Shown here piece by piece: positions 36,396 to 51,300 of a stretch of 64,000 nt of DNA (positions are counted from its first letter, which is position 1; each line of letters opens with the position of its first letter). The stretch lies in the NCBI RefSeq assembly GCF_037042905.1, contig NC_087250.1, forward strand, positions 11,224,001 to 11,288,000, read 5' to 3'. Source of the stretch: Lytechinus pictus. Lineage: Eukaryota. A program made the position numbers and the translations under genes. Under the pieces are notes generated by a model that saw only the letters and a program-made list of their open reading frames with translations, made no database searches and was not told the origin of the DNA.

Positions 36396-39300
36396 TTACG
36401 ATGAGGAAATTATAAAGAATTACAAGAACATAAAACGAGTAAGGAATAGTTTCGAAACGTACTTTGAACTATTCGTGGGGTTTTAGAGGTTGGTCTGATT
36501 TAAAATAATTAATTTTGGAGAATTAAAAAATAAAATTGTTTCATTGTCAGTACACTAAATATCAATAGAATTGTTTTCGTACTTATACTCCGGGTTAATC
36601 AAGGTGACATTACGTTGTATTGAACATATCAAATTTCATGAATATTTTTTTCCATTGATGAATTGAATAGACAGGATTCAAGCTTAATATTGAAATTCCT
36701 CTAAGGAATATTCCAAAGTACATTAAAACATTAATACATGAACGTGTATACTTACCACCTGTCAAATAAGATAATGAAAAAGAGAAAGAATAACAAGAAT
36801 AAAAAAAAAACATTGAGGAATATTTCCAAAAACGTACTTCGAAATGTACTTGGAACTATTTGTATGGTTTTACAGCTTGGTCTGATTTAAAACAATTAAT
36901 TTTGGAGAATTAAAAAATAAAATTGTTTCATTGTCAGTACACTAAATATCAATAGAATTTGTTTCGTACTTATACTTCAGGTAAAGCAAGGTGACATTAC
37001 GTTGTATTGAACATATCAAATTTCATGAAGATTTTTTTTTTCCGTTGATGTATTAAATAGACAGGATTCAAGCTTTATATTGACATTCCTCTAAGGAATA
37101 TTCCAAAGTACATTAAAACATTAATACATGAACGTGTATACTTACGTGCTGTCAAATAAGAATAAAATCAAGAATATAAACACATTAAAGAACATTTTCG
37201 AAAACGTACTTTGAGTCGTACTTAAAACTATTTCTATGGTGTTAGAGGTTGGCCTTATTTTAAATATGTCATTTTAAAAAAATCGAAAAATAGAATAATT
37301 ATATTGTCATGAGACTTTCTATCAATGAATTTTTGCTTGTACTTATACTGTAGTTAATCAAGGTGACTGTTCGTTCTGTTTAATATATCTGATATCATGA
37401 AGGAATCTTTTTTGTTGATATATTGAATATTCAGAAATCAAGCTTATAGACATTATTTAAAGAATAATAAAAAAATACATTAAAATTAAAATGCATTAGG
37501 GTGTATATTCACATTGTGTCAATTAAGATGAGGAAAAAGAGAAAGAATAAAAAAAAAAAAAAAACATTAAGGAATATTTACAAAAACGTACTTCGAAACG
37601 TACTTTAAACTATTTGTGTGGTTTTAGAGGTAGGTCTGATTTAAAATAAGGAATTTTGGAGAATTAAAAAATAAAATTGTTTTATTGTCAGTACACTAAA
37701 TATCAATAGAATTTTTTTCGTACTTATACTCTGGGTTATCCAAGGTGACATTACGTTGTATTGAACAAATCAAATTTCATTTTTAAAAAATCAATTGATT
37801 TATTGAATAGACAGGATTCAAGCTTTATATTAACATTCCTCTAAGGAATATTCCAAAGTAGATTAAAATATTAATACATGAACGTGTATACTTACGTGCT
37901 GTCATATAAGAATAAAGTCAAGAATATAAACACATTAAAGAACATTTTCGAAAACGTACTTTGAGTCGTACTTAAAACTATTCGTATGGTGTTAGAGGTT
38001 GGCCTGATTTTAAATATGTAATTTTAGAGAATCGAAAAATAGAATTATTATATTTTCATGAGACTTTCTATCAATAAATTTTTGCTTGTACTTATACTGT
38101 AGTTAATCAAGGTGACTGTTCGTTCTGTTTAATATATCTGATATCATGAAGGAATCTTTTTTGTTGATATATTGAATATTCAGAAATCAAGCTTATATAC
38201 ATTATTTAGAGAATAGTAAATAAATACATTAAAATTAAAATGCATTAGGGTATATATTTACATTCTGTCAATTAAGATGAGGAAAAAGAGAAAGAATTAC
38301 AAGAATTGAAAGACAGTAAGGAATATTTTCAAAACCGAACTTCGAAACGTACTTTACACTATTTGTGTGGTTTTAGAGGTAGGTCTGATTTAAAATAAAT
38401 AATTTTGGAGAATTAAAAAATAAAATTGTTTTATTGTCAGTACACAAAATATCAATATAATTTTTTCGTACTTATACTCTGGGTTAATCAAGGTGACATT
38501 ACGTTGTATTGAACAAATCAAATTTCATAAAGATTTTTTTCCATTGATGTATTAAATAGGCAGGAATTAAGCTTTATATTGACATACCTCTAAGGAATAT
38601 TCCAAAGTACATTAAAACATTAATACATGAACGTGTATACTTACGTGCTGTCAAATAAGAATAAAATCAAGAATATAAACACATTAAAGAACATTTTCGA
38701 AAACGTACTTTGGGTCGTATTTAAAACTATTCGTATGGTGTTAGAGGTTGGCCTGATTTTAAATATGTCATTTTAAAAAAAATCGAAAAATAGAATTATG
38801 ATATTGTCATGAGACTTTCTATCAATGAATTTTTGCTTGTACTTATACTGTAGTTAATCAAGGTGACTGTTCGTCGTGTTTAATATATCTAATATCATGA
38901 AGGAATCTTTTTTGTTGATATATTGAATATTCAGAAATCAAGCTTATAGACATTATTTAAAGAATAGTAAAAAAATACATTAAAATTAAAATGCATTAGG
39001 GTGTATATTCACATTGTGTCAATTAAGATGAGGAAAAAGAGAAATAATAAAAAAAATAAAAAAAAACATTAAGGAATACTTCCAAAAACGTACTTCGAAA
39101 CGTACTTTAAACTATTTGTGTGGTTTTAGAGGTAGGTCTGATTTAAAATAAGGAATTTTGGAGAATTAAAGAATAAAATTGTTTTATTGTCAGTACACTA
39201 AATATCAATAGAATTTTTTTCGTACTTATACTCTGGGTTATCCAAGGTGACATTACGTTGTATTGAACAAATCAAATTTCATTTTTAAAAAATCAATTGA

Positions 39301-42300
39301 TTTATTGAATAGACAGGATTCAAGCTTTATATTAACATTCCTCTAAGGAATATTCCAAAGTAGATTAAAATATTAATACATGAACGTGTATACTTACGTG
39401 CTGTCATATAAGAATAAAATCAAGAATATAAACACATTAAAGAACATTTTCGAAAACGTACTTTGAGTCGTACTTAAAACTATTCGTATGGTGTTAGAGG
39501 TTGGCCTGATTTTAAATATGTAATTTTAGAGAATCGAAAAATAGAATTATTATATTTTCATGAGACTTTCTATCAATAAATTTTTGCTTGTACTTATACT
39601 GTAGTTAATCAAGGTGACTGTTCGTTCTATTTAATATATCTGATATCATGAAGGAATCTTTTTTGTTGATATATTGAATATTCAGAAATCAAGCTTATAT
39701 ACATTATTTAGAGAATAGTAAAAAAATACATTAAAATTAAAATGCATTAGGGTGTATATTCACATTCTGTCAATTAAGATGAGGAAAAAGAGAAAGAATT
39801 ACAAGAATTTAAAGACAGTAAGGAATATTTTCAAAACCGAACTTAGAAACGTACTTGGAACTATTCGTATTGTTCTAGAGGTTGGTTAGATTTGAAATAA
39901 GTATTTTTTGGTGATTTAAATTATAATTATTTTATTATTATTCCATTAAATATCAATTGATTTTTGTTCGTACTTCTACCATGGTTAATCAAGGTGAGTG
40001 TACGTTGTATTGAACGTATCTGATTACATGAAGAAAATTTTTCCGCTGATATATTGAATACACAAAAATCAATCCTATTGACATTTCTCTAAAGAATAGT
40101 CCAAAATACATTAACATATAAATGCATTAAAGTGTATACTTACATGTACGTTGTGTTTAATGTATCTGATTACATGAAGAAACTTTTTTCCAATGATATA
40201 TTGAATAGACAGAAATAAAGCTTTTTGAAATTCCTTTAATGAAAATTCCAAACTACATTAAAATATCAATACATGAACGTGTATACTTACTGGCTGTCAA
40301 ATGAGATAACGAAAAGATAAACAATAACAAGAGTATAAACACATTAAAGACCATTTTCGAAAACGTACTTTGAAATGTACTTAAAACTATTCGTATGGTG
40401 TTAGAGGTTGGCCTGATTTTAAATATGTCATTTTAAAAAAATCGAAAAATAGAATTATGATATTGTCATGAGACTTTCTATCAATGAATTTTTGCTTGTA
40501 CTTATACTGTAGTTAATCAAGGTGACTGTTCGTCGTGTTTAATATATCTAATATCATGAAGGAATCTTTTTTGTTGATATATTGAATATTCAGAAATCAA
40601 GCTTATAGACATTATTTAAAGAATAGTAAAAAAATACATTAAAATTAAAATGCATTAGGGTGTATATTCACATTGTGTCAATTAAGATGAGGAAAAAGAG
40701 AAAGAATTACAAGAATTTAAAGACAGTAAGGAATATTTTCAAAACCGAACTTAGAAACGTACTTGGAACTATTCGTATTGTTCTAGAGGTTGGTTAGATT
40801 TCAAATAAGTATTTTTTGGTGATTTAAATTATAATTATTTTATTATTATTCCATTAAATATTTAATTGATTTTTGTTCGTACTTCTACCATGGTTAATCA
40901 AGGTGAGTGTACGTTGTATTGAACGTATCTGATTACATGAAGAACATTTTTCCGCTGATATATTGAATACACAAAAATCAATCCTATTGACATTTCTCTA
41001 AAGAATAGTCCAAAATACATTAACATATAAATGCATTAAAGTGTATACTCACATGTACGTTGTGTTTAATGTATCTGATTACATGAAGAAATTTTTTTCC
41101 AATGATATATTGAATAGACAGAAATAAAGCTTTTTGAAATTCCTTTAATGAATATTCCAAACTACATTAAAAGATTAATACATGGACGTGTATACTTACG
41201 GACTGTCAAACAAGATAACGAAAAGATAAACAATAACAAGAGTATAAACACATTAAAGACCATTTTCGAAAACGTACTTTGAAACGTACTTAAAACTATT
41301 CGTATGGTGTTAGAGGTTGGCCTGATTTTAAATATGTAATTTTAGAGAATCGAAAAATAGAATTATCATATTGTCATGAGACTTTCTATCAATAAATTTT
41401 TGCTTGTACTTATACTGTAGTTAATCAAGGTGACTGTTTGTTGTGTTTAATATATCTGATATCATGAAGGAATCTTTTTTGTTGATATATTGAATATTGA
41501 GAAATCAAGCTTATAGACATTATTTAAAGAATAGTAAAAAAAATACATTAAAATTAAAATGCATTAGGGTGTATTTCACATTGTGTCAATTAAGATGAGG
41601 AAAGAGAAAGAATAACAAAAATAAGAACAAACATTGAGGAATATTTCCAAAAACGTACTTCGAAACGTACTTTGAACTATTTGTGTGGTTTTAGAGGTAG
41701 GTCTGATTTAAAATAAGGAATTTAGGAGAATTAAAAAATAAAATTGTTTTATTGTCAGTACACTTAATATCAATATAATTTTTTCGTACTTATACTCTGG
41801 GTTAATCAAGGTGACATTACGTTATATTGAACAAATCAAATTTCATAAAGATTTTTCTTCCATTGATGTATTGAATAGACAGGATTCAAGCTTCATATTG
41901 ACATTCCTCTAAGGAATATTCCAAAGTACATTAAAATATTAATACATGAACGTGTATACTTACCATCTGTCAAATAAGATAACGAAAAGATAAACAATAA
42001 CAAGAGTATAAACACATTAAAGACCATTTTCGAAAACGTACTTTGAAACGTATTTAAAACTATTCGTATGGTGTTAGAGGTTGGCCTGATTTTAAATATG
42101 TAATTTTAGAGAATCGAAAAATAGAATCATTATATTGTCATGAGACTTTCTATCAATAAATTTTTGCTTGTACTTATACTGTAGTTAATCAAGGTGACTG
42201 TTTGTTGTGTTTAATATATCTGATATCATGAAGGAATCTTTTTTGTTGATATATTGAATATTGAGAAATCAAGCTTATAGACATTATTTAAAGAATAGTA

Positions 42301-45300
42301 AAAAAATACATTAAAATTAAAATGCATTAGGGTGTATACTCACATTCTGTCAATTAAGATGAGGAAACAGAGAAAGAGTTGCAAGAATTTAAAGACAGTA
42401 AGGAATATTTTCAAAACCGAACTTAGAAATGTACTTGGAACTATTTGAGTGGCTTTAGAGGTAGGTCTGATTTAAAAGAAGTAATTTTGGAGAATTAAAA
42501 AATAAAATTGTTTTATTGTCAGTACACTAAATATCAATATAATTTGTTTCGTACTTATACTCCGGGTTAATCAAGGTGACATTACGTTGTATCGAACAAA
42601 TCAAATTTCATGAAGATTTTTTTCCATTGAAATATTGAATAGACAGGATTCAAGCTTTATATTGACATTCCTCTAAGGAATATTCCAAAGTACATTAAAA
42701 TATTAATACATGAACGTGTATACTTACCCTCTGTCAAATAAGATAACGAAAAGATAAACAATAACAAGAGTATAAACACATTATAGACCATTTTCGAAAA
42801 CGTACTTTGAAACGTACTTAAAACTATTCGTATGGTGTTAGAGGTTGGCCTGATTTTAATTATGTAATTTTAGAGAATCGAAAAATAGAATTATTATATT
42901 GTCATGAGACTTTCTATCAATACATTTTTGCTTGTACTTATACTTTAGTTAATCAAGGTGACTGTTTGTTGTGTTTAATATATCTGATATCATGAAGGAA
43001 TCTTTTTTGTTGATATATTGAATATTGAGAAATCAAGCTTATAGACATTATTTAAAGAATAGTAAAAAAAAACATTAACATTAAAATGCATTAGGGTATA
43101 TTTCACATTGTGTCAATTAAGATGAGGAAAGAGAAAGAATAACAAAAATAAGAAAAAACATTGAGGAATATTTCCAAAAACGTACTTCGAAACGTACTTT
43201 GAACTATTTGTGTGGTTTTAGAGGTAGGTCTGATTTAAAATAAGGAATTTTGGAGAATTAGAAAATAAAATTGTTTTATTGTCAGTACACTAAATATCAA
43301 TATAATTTTTTCGTACTTATACTCTGGGTTAATCAAGGTGACATTACGTTATATAGAACAAATCAAATTTCATAAAGATTTTTCTTCCATTGATGTATTG
43401 AATAGACAGGATTCAAGCTTCATATTGACATTCCTCTAAGGAATATTCCAAAGTACATTAAAATATTAATACATGAACGTGTATACTTACCATCTGTCAA
43501 ATAAGATAACGAAAAGATAAACAATAACAAGAGTATAAACACATTAAAGACCATTTTCGAAAACGTACTTTGAAACGTATTTAAAACTATTCGTATGGTG
43601 TTAGAGGTTGGCCTGATTTTAAATATGTAATTTTAGAGAATCGAAAAATAGAATCATTATATTGTCATGAGACTTTCTATCAATAAATTTTTGCTTGTTC
43701 TTATACTGTAGTTAATCAAGGTGACTGTTTGTTGTGTTTAATATATCTGATATCATGAAGGAATCTTTTTTGTTGATATATTGAATATTGAGAAATCAAG
43801 CTTATAGACATTATTTAAAGAATAGTAAAAAAATGCATTAAAATTAAAATGCATTAGGGTGTATACTCACATTCTGTCAATTAAGATGAGGAAACAGAGA
43901 AAGAGTTGCAAGAATTTAAAGACAGTAAGGAATATTTTCAAAACCGAACTTAGAAATGTACTTGGAACTATTTGAGTGGCTTTAGAGGTAGGTCTGATTT
44001 AAAAGAAGTAATTTTGGAGAATTAAAAAATAAAATTGTTTTATTGTCAGTACACTAAATATCAATATAATTTGTTTCGTACTTATACTCCGGGTTAATCA
44101 AGGTGACATTACGTTGTATCGAACAAATCAAATTTCATGAAGATTTTTTTCCATTGAAATATTGAATAGACAGGATTCAAGCTTTATATTGACATTCCTC
44201 TAAGGAATATTCCAAAGTACATTAAAATATTAATACATGAACGTGTATACTTACCCTCTGTCAAATAAGATAACGAAAAGATAAACAATAACAAGAGTAT
44301 AAACACATTATAGACCATTTTCGAAAACGTACTTTGAAACGTACTTAAAACTATTCGTATGGTGTTAGCAGTTGGCCTGATTTTAAATATGTAATTTTAG
44401 AGAATCGAAAAATAGAATTATTATATTGTCATGAGACTTTCTATCAATAAATTTTTGCTTGTACTTATACTGTAGTTAATCAAGGTGACTGTTCGTTCTG
44501 TTTAATATATCTGATATCACGAAGGAATTTTTTTTGTTGATATATTTAATATTCAGAAATCAAGCTTATAGACATTTTTTAAAGAATAGTAAAAAAATGC
44601 ATTAAAATTAAAATGCATTAGGGTGTATATTCACATTCTGTCAACTAAGATGAGGAAAAAGAGAAATAATTACAAGAATTTAAAGACAGTAAGGAATATT
44701 TTTAAAAACCGAACTTAGAAACGTACTTGGAACTATTCGTATTGTTCTAGAGGTTGGTTAGATTTGAAATAAGTAGTTTTTGATGATTGAAATTAGAATT
44801 ATTTTATAATCATTCCATTAAATATCAATTGATTTTTGTTCGTACTTCTACCATGGTTTATCAAGGTGAGTGTACGTTGTATTGAACGTATCTGATTACA
44901 TGAAGAAACTTTTTCCGCTGATATATTGAATGCACAAAAATCAATCCTATTGAAATTTCTCTAAAGAATAGTCGAAAATACATTAACATATAAATGCATT
45001 AAAGTGTATACTCACATGTACGTTGTGTTTAATGTATCTGATTACATGAAGAATTTTTTTTCCAATGATATAATAAATAGACAGAAATAAAGCTTTTTGA
45101 AATTCATTTAAAGAATATTCCAAACTACATTAAAATGTAAATACATGAACGTGTATACTTACGGACTGTCAAATGAGATAACGAAAAGATAAACAATAAC
45201 AAGAGTATAAACACATTAAAGACCATTTTCGAAAACGTACTTTGAAACGTACTTAAAACTATTCGTATGGTGTTAGAGGTTGGCCTGATTTTAAATATGT

Positions 45301-48300
45301 AATTTTAGAGAATCGAAAAATAGAATTATTATATTGTCATGAGACTTTCTATCAATAAATTTTTGCTTGTACTTATACTGTAGTTAATCAAGGTGACTGT
45401 TTGTTGTGTTTAATATATCTGATATCATTAAGGAATCTTTTTTGTTGATATATTGAATATTGAGAAATCAAGCTTATAGACATTATTTAAAGAATAGTAA
45501 AAAATACATTAAAATTAAAATGCATTAGGGTGTATTTCACATTGTGTCAATTAAGATGAGGAAAAAGAGAAAGAATAACAAAAATAAGAAAAAACATTGA
45601 GGAATATTTCCAAAAACGTACTTCGAAACGTACTTTGAACTATTTGTGTGGTTTTAGAGGTAGGTTTTTATTTAAAATAAGGAATTTTGGAGAATCAAAA
45701 AATAAAATTGTTTTATTGTCAGTACACTAAATATCAATATAATTTTTTCGTACTTATACTCTGGGTTAATCAAGGTGACATTACGTTATATTGAACAAAT
45801 CAAATTTCATAAAGATTTTTCTTCCATTGATGTATTGAATAGACAGGATTTAAGCTTCATGTTGACATTCCTCTAAGGAATATTGCAAAGTACATTAAAA
45901 TATTAATACATGAACGTGTATACTTACCATCTGTCAAATAAGATAACGAAAAGATAAACAATAACAAGAGTATAAACACATTAAAGACCATTTTCGAAAA
46001 CGTACTTCGAAACGTACTTGGAACTATTTGTATGGTTTCAGAGGTTGGTCTGATTTGAAATAAGTAATTTAAAAAAATAAAAAAATATAATTGTTTTATT
46101 GTCAGTACACTAAATATCAATGGATTTTTGTTCGTACTTATACTCTAGGTTAATCAAGGCGACCTTGTGTTGTATTGTACATATCTAATTTCATTAAGAT
46201 TCTTTTTTCCATTGGTATATTAAATACACGGAAATCAAGCTTATTGACTTTCCTCTAAAAAATAGTCAAAAGAACATTAAAATATGAATACATAAACGTG
46301 CATACTTACGCGCTGTCAAATAAGATAAGGAAAAGAAAAAGAATAACAAGAATATAAAAACATTAAGGAATATTCTCAAAAACGTACTTTGAAACGTACT
46401 TGAAACTATTTGTATGGTTTCAGAGGTTAGTCTGATTTGAAATCAGTAATTTTAGAGAATCGAAAAATAGAATTTTTTATTGTCATGACACTAAATATCA
46501 ATGGTTTTTTTTAATTTATACTGTGGTTAATCAAGGTGACTGTATGTTGTGTTTAATATATCTGATTTAATAAATTATTTTATTGTCATTACATAGATAT
46601 AATTGGATTTTTTTCATCGTACTTATACTGTGGTTTGATCAAGGTAACCGTACACTGAATTGAACATATTTGATTACATAAAGATTTTTTTTCTATTTAT
46701 ATATTAAATAGACAGAGTCAAGCTTTATATTGACATTCCTTTAAGGAATAATCCAAACTACATTAAATAATAATTTCATTTGGTTGTATACTCAATTCCT
46801 GTCAATTAAGATGAGGAAAAAGGGAAAGAATAACAAGAATATAAAAATATTAAGGAATATTTTCGAAAAAGAACTTCGAAACATACCTGAAACTATTTGT
46901 ATAGTTTCAGAGGTTGGTCTGATTTGAAATAAGTAATTTTAGAAAATCAAAAATTATAATTGTTTTATTGTCAGTACACTAAATATCAATGGATTTTGGC
47001 TCGTACTTAAACTCCGGGTTAATCAAGGCGACATTACGTTGTATTGAACATATCTAATTTCATGAAGATTTTTTTTCCCATTGGTATAATACACAGAAAT
47101 CAAACTTATTGACTTTCTTCTAATGACAGTCAAAAGTACATTAAAATATGAATACATGAACGTGTATACTTACCGACTGTCAATTAAGATGAGGAAAAAG
47201 AGAAAGAATAACAAAAATAAAAAAACAACATTGAGGAATATTTTGGAAAACGTAGTTCGAAACGTTCTTGGAACTATTTGTAAGGTTTCAGAGGTTGGTC
47301 TGATTAAAAAAAGGGTAATTTTGGAGAATCAAAAAATATAATTGTTTTAATGTCAGTACACTAAATATCAATGGATTTTTGTTCGTACTTAATCTCCGGG
47401 TTAATCAAGGCGACATTACGTTGTATTGAACATATCTAATTTAATGAAGATTTTTTTTTCCATTGATATATTAAATAAACAGAAATAAAGCTTATTGACT
47501 TTAATGTAAAGAATAGTCAAAAGTACATTAAAATACAAATACATGAAGGCGTATACTCACCGGCTGTCAAATAAGATAAGGAAAAAGAGAAAGAATAACA
47601 AGAATATAAAAATATTAAGGAATATTCTCGAAAACGTACTTCGAAACGTACTTGGAACTATTTGTATGGTTTCAGAGGTTTGTCTGATTTGAAATAAGTA
47701 ATTTTAAAAAATAAAAAAATATAATTGTTTTATTGTCAGTGCACTAAATATCAATGGATTTTTGTTCGTACTTATACTCTAGGTTAATCAAGGCGACCTT
47801 GTGTTGTATTGTACATATCTAGTTTCATTAAGATTTTTTTTTCCATTGGTATATTAAATACACGGAAATCAAGCTTATTGACTTTCCTCTAAAAAATAGT
47901 CAAAAGAACATTAAAATATGAATACTAAAACGTGCATACTTACGCGCTGTCAAATAAGATAAGGAAAAGAAAAAGAATAACAAGAATATAAAAACATTAA
48001 GGAATATTCTCGAAAACGTACTTTAAAAAGGTACTTGAAACTATTTGTATGGTTTCAGAGGTTAGTCTGATTTGAAATAAGTAATTTTAGAGAATCGAAA
48101 AATAGAATTATTTTATTGTCATGACACTAAATATCATTTTTTTTTAATTTATACTGTGTTTAATCAAGGTGACTGTACGTTGTGTTTAATATATCTGATT
48201 TAATAAATCATTTTATTGTCATTACACTAGATATAATTGGATTTTTTTCATCGTACTTATACTGTGGTTTTATCAAAGTAACCGTACGCTGTATTAAACA

Positions 48301-51300
48301 TATTTGATTACATAAAGATTTTTTTTTCTATTTATATATTAAATAGACAGAGTCAAGCTTTATATTGACATTCCTTTAAGGAATAGTCCAAACTACATTA
48401 AATAATAATTTCATTTGGTTGTATACTCACATCCTGTCAATTAAGATGAGGAAAAAGGGAAAGAATAACAAGAATATAAAAATATTAAGGAATATTTTCG
48501 AAAAAGAACTTGGAAACATACTTGGAACTATTTGTATAGTTTCAGAGGTTGGTCTGATTTGAAATAAGTAATTTTAGAAAATCAAAAATTATAATTGTTT
48601 TATTGTCAGTACACTAAATATCAATGGATTTTGGTTCGTACTTAAACTCCGGGTTAATCAAGGCGACATAACGTTGTATTGAACATATCTAATTTCATGA
48701 AGATTTTTTTTCCCATTGGTACAATACACAGAAATCAAACTTATTGACTTTCTTCTAATTACAGTCAAAAGTACATTAAAATATGAATACATGAACGTGT
48801 ATACTTACGGTCTGTCAATTAAGATGAGGAAAAAGAGAAAGAATAACAAGAATAAAAAAACAACATTGAGGAATATTTTGGAAAACGTAGTTCGAAATGT
48901 TCTTGGAACTATTTGTAAGGTTTCAGAGGTTGGTCTGATTAAAAAAAGGGTAATTTTGGAGAATCAAAAAATATAATTGTTTTAATGTCAGTACACTAAA
49001 TATCAATGGATTTTTGTTCGTACTTAAACTCCGGGTTAATCAAGGCGACATTACGTTGTATTGAACAGATCTAATTTAATGAAGAATTTTTTTTCCATTG
49101 ATATATTAAATAGACAGAGTCAAGCTTTATATTGAAATTCTTTTAAGGAATAGTCCAAACTACATTAAATAATAATTTCATTTGGTTGTATACTCACATC
49201 CTGTCAATTAAGATGAGAAAAAAGGGAAAGAATAACAAGAATATAAAAATATTAAGGAATATTTTCGAAAAAGAACTTGGAAACATACTTGGAACTATTT
49301 GTATAGTTTCAGAGGTTGGTCTGATTTGAAATAAGTAATTTTGGAGAATCAAAAAATATAATTGTTTTAATGTCAGTACACTAAATATCAATGGATTTTT
49401 GTTCGTACTTAAACTCCGGGTTAATCAAGGCGACATTACGTTGTATTGAACAGATCTAATTTAATGAAGATTTTTTTTTCCATTGATATATTAAATAAAC
49501 AGAAATAAAGCTTATTGACTTTTATGTAAAGAATAGTCAAAAGAACATTAAAATACAAATACATGAAGGCGTATACTTACCGACTGTCAAATAAGATAAG
49601 GAAAAAGAGAAAGAATAACAAGAAAATAAAAATATTAAGGAATATTCTCGAAAACGTACTTCGAAACGTACTTGGAACTATTTGTATGGTTTCAGAGGTT
49701 TGTCTGATTTGAAATAAGTAATTTTTAAAAATAAAAAAATATAATTGTTTTATTGTCAGTGCACTAAATATCAATGGATTTTTGTTCGTACTTATACTCT
49801 AGGTTAATCAAGGCGACCTTGTGTTGTATTGAACATATCTAATTTCATGAAGATTTTTTTTCCCATTGGTATAATACACAGAAATCAAACTTATTGACTT
49901 TCTTCTAATGACAGTCAAAAGTACATTAAAATATGAATACATGAACGTGTATACTTACGGTCTGTCAATTAAGATGAGGAAAAAGAGAAAGAATAACAAG
50001 AATAAAAAAACAACATTGAGGAATATTTTGGAAAAAGTAGTTCGAAACGTTCTTGGAACTATTTGTAAGGTTTCAGAGGTTGGTCTGATTAAAAAAAGGG
50101 TAATTTTGGAGAATCAAAAAATATAATTGTTTTAATGTCAGTACACTAAATATCAATGGATTTTTGTTCGTACTTAAACTCCGGGTTAATCAAGGCGACA
50201 TTACGTTGTATTGAACAGATCTAATTTAATGAAGAATTTTTTTTCCATTGATATATAAAATAAACAGAAATAAAGCTTATTGACTTTTATGTAAAGAATA
50301 GTCAAAAGTACATTAAAATACAAATACATGAAGGCGTATACTTACCGACTGTCAAATAAGATAAAGAAAAAGAGAAAGAATAACAAGAATATAAAAATAT
50401 TAAGGAATATTCTCGAAAACGTACTTCGAAACGTACTTGGAACTATTTGTATGGTTTCAGAGATTGGTCTGATTTGAAATAAGTAATTTTAAAAAATAAA
50501 AAAATATAATTGTTTTATTGTCAGTACACTAAATATCAATGGATTTTTGTTCGTACTTATACTCTAGGTTAATCAAGGCGACCTTGTGTTGTATTGAACA
50601 TATCTAATTTCATTAAGATTTTTTTTCCATTGGTATATTAAATACACGGAAATCAAGCTTATTGACTTTCCTCTAAAAAGTAGTCAAAAGAACATTAAAA
50701 TATGAATACATAAACGTGTATACTTACGCGCTGTCAAATAAGATAAGGATAAGAAAAAGAATAACAAGAATATAAAAACATTAAGGAATATTCTCAAAAA
50801 CGTACTTTGAAACGTACTTGAAACTATTTGTATGGTTTCAGAGGTTAGTCTGATTTGAAATAAGTAATTTTAGAGAATCGAAAAATAGAATTATTTTATT
50901 GTCATGACACTAAATATCATTTTTTTTTCATTTATACTGTGTTTAATCAAGGTGACTGTACTTTGTGTTTAATATATCTGATTTAATAAATTATTTTATT
51001 GTCATTACACTAGATATAATTGGATTTTTTTCATCGTACTTATACTGTGGTTTGATCAAAGTAACCGTACGCTGTATTAAACATATTTGATTACATAAAG
51101 ATTTTTTGTTCTATTTATATATTAAATAGACAGAGTCAAGCTTTATATTGACATTCCTTTAAGGAATAGTCCAAACTACATTATATAATAATTTCATTTG
51201 GTTGTATACTCACATCCTGTCAATTAAGATGAGGAAAAAGGGAAAGAATAACAAGAATATAAAAATATTAAGGAATATTTTCGAAAAAGAACTTGGAAAC

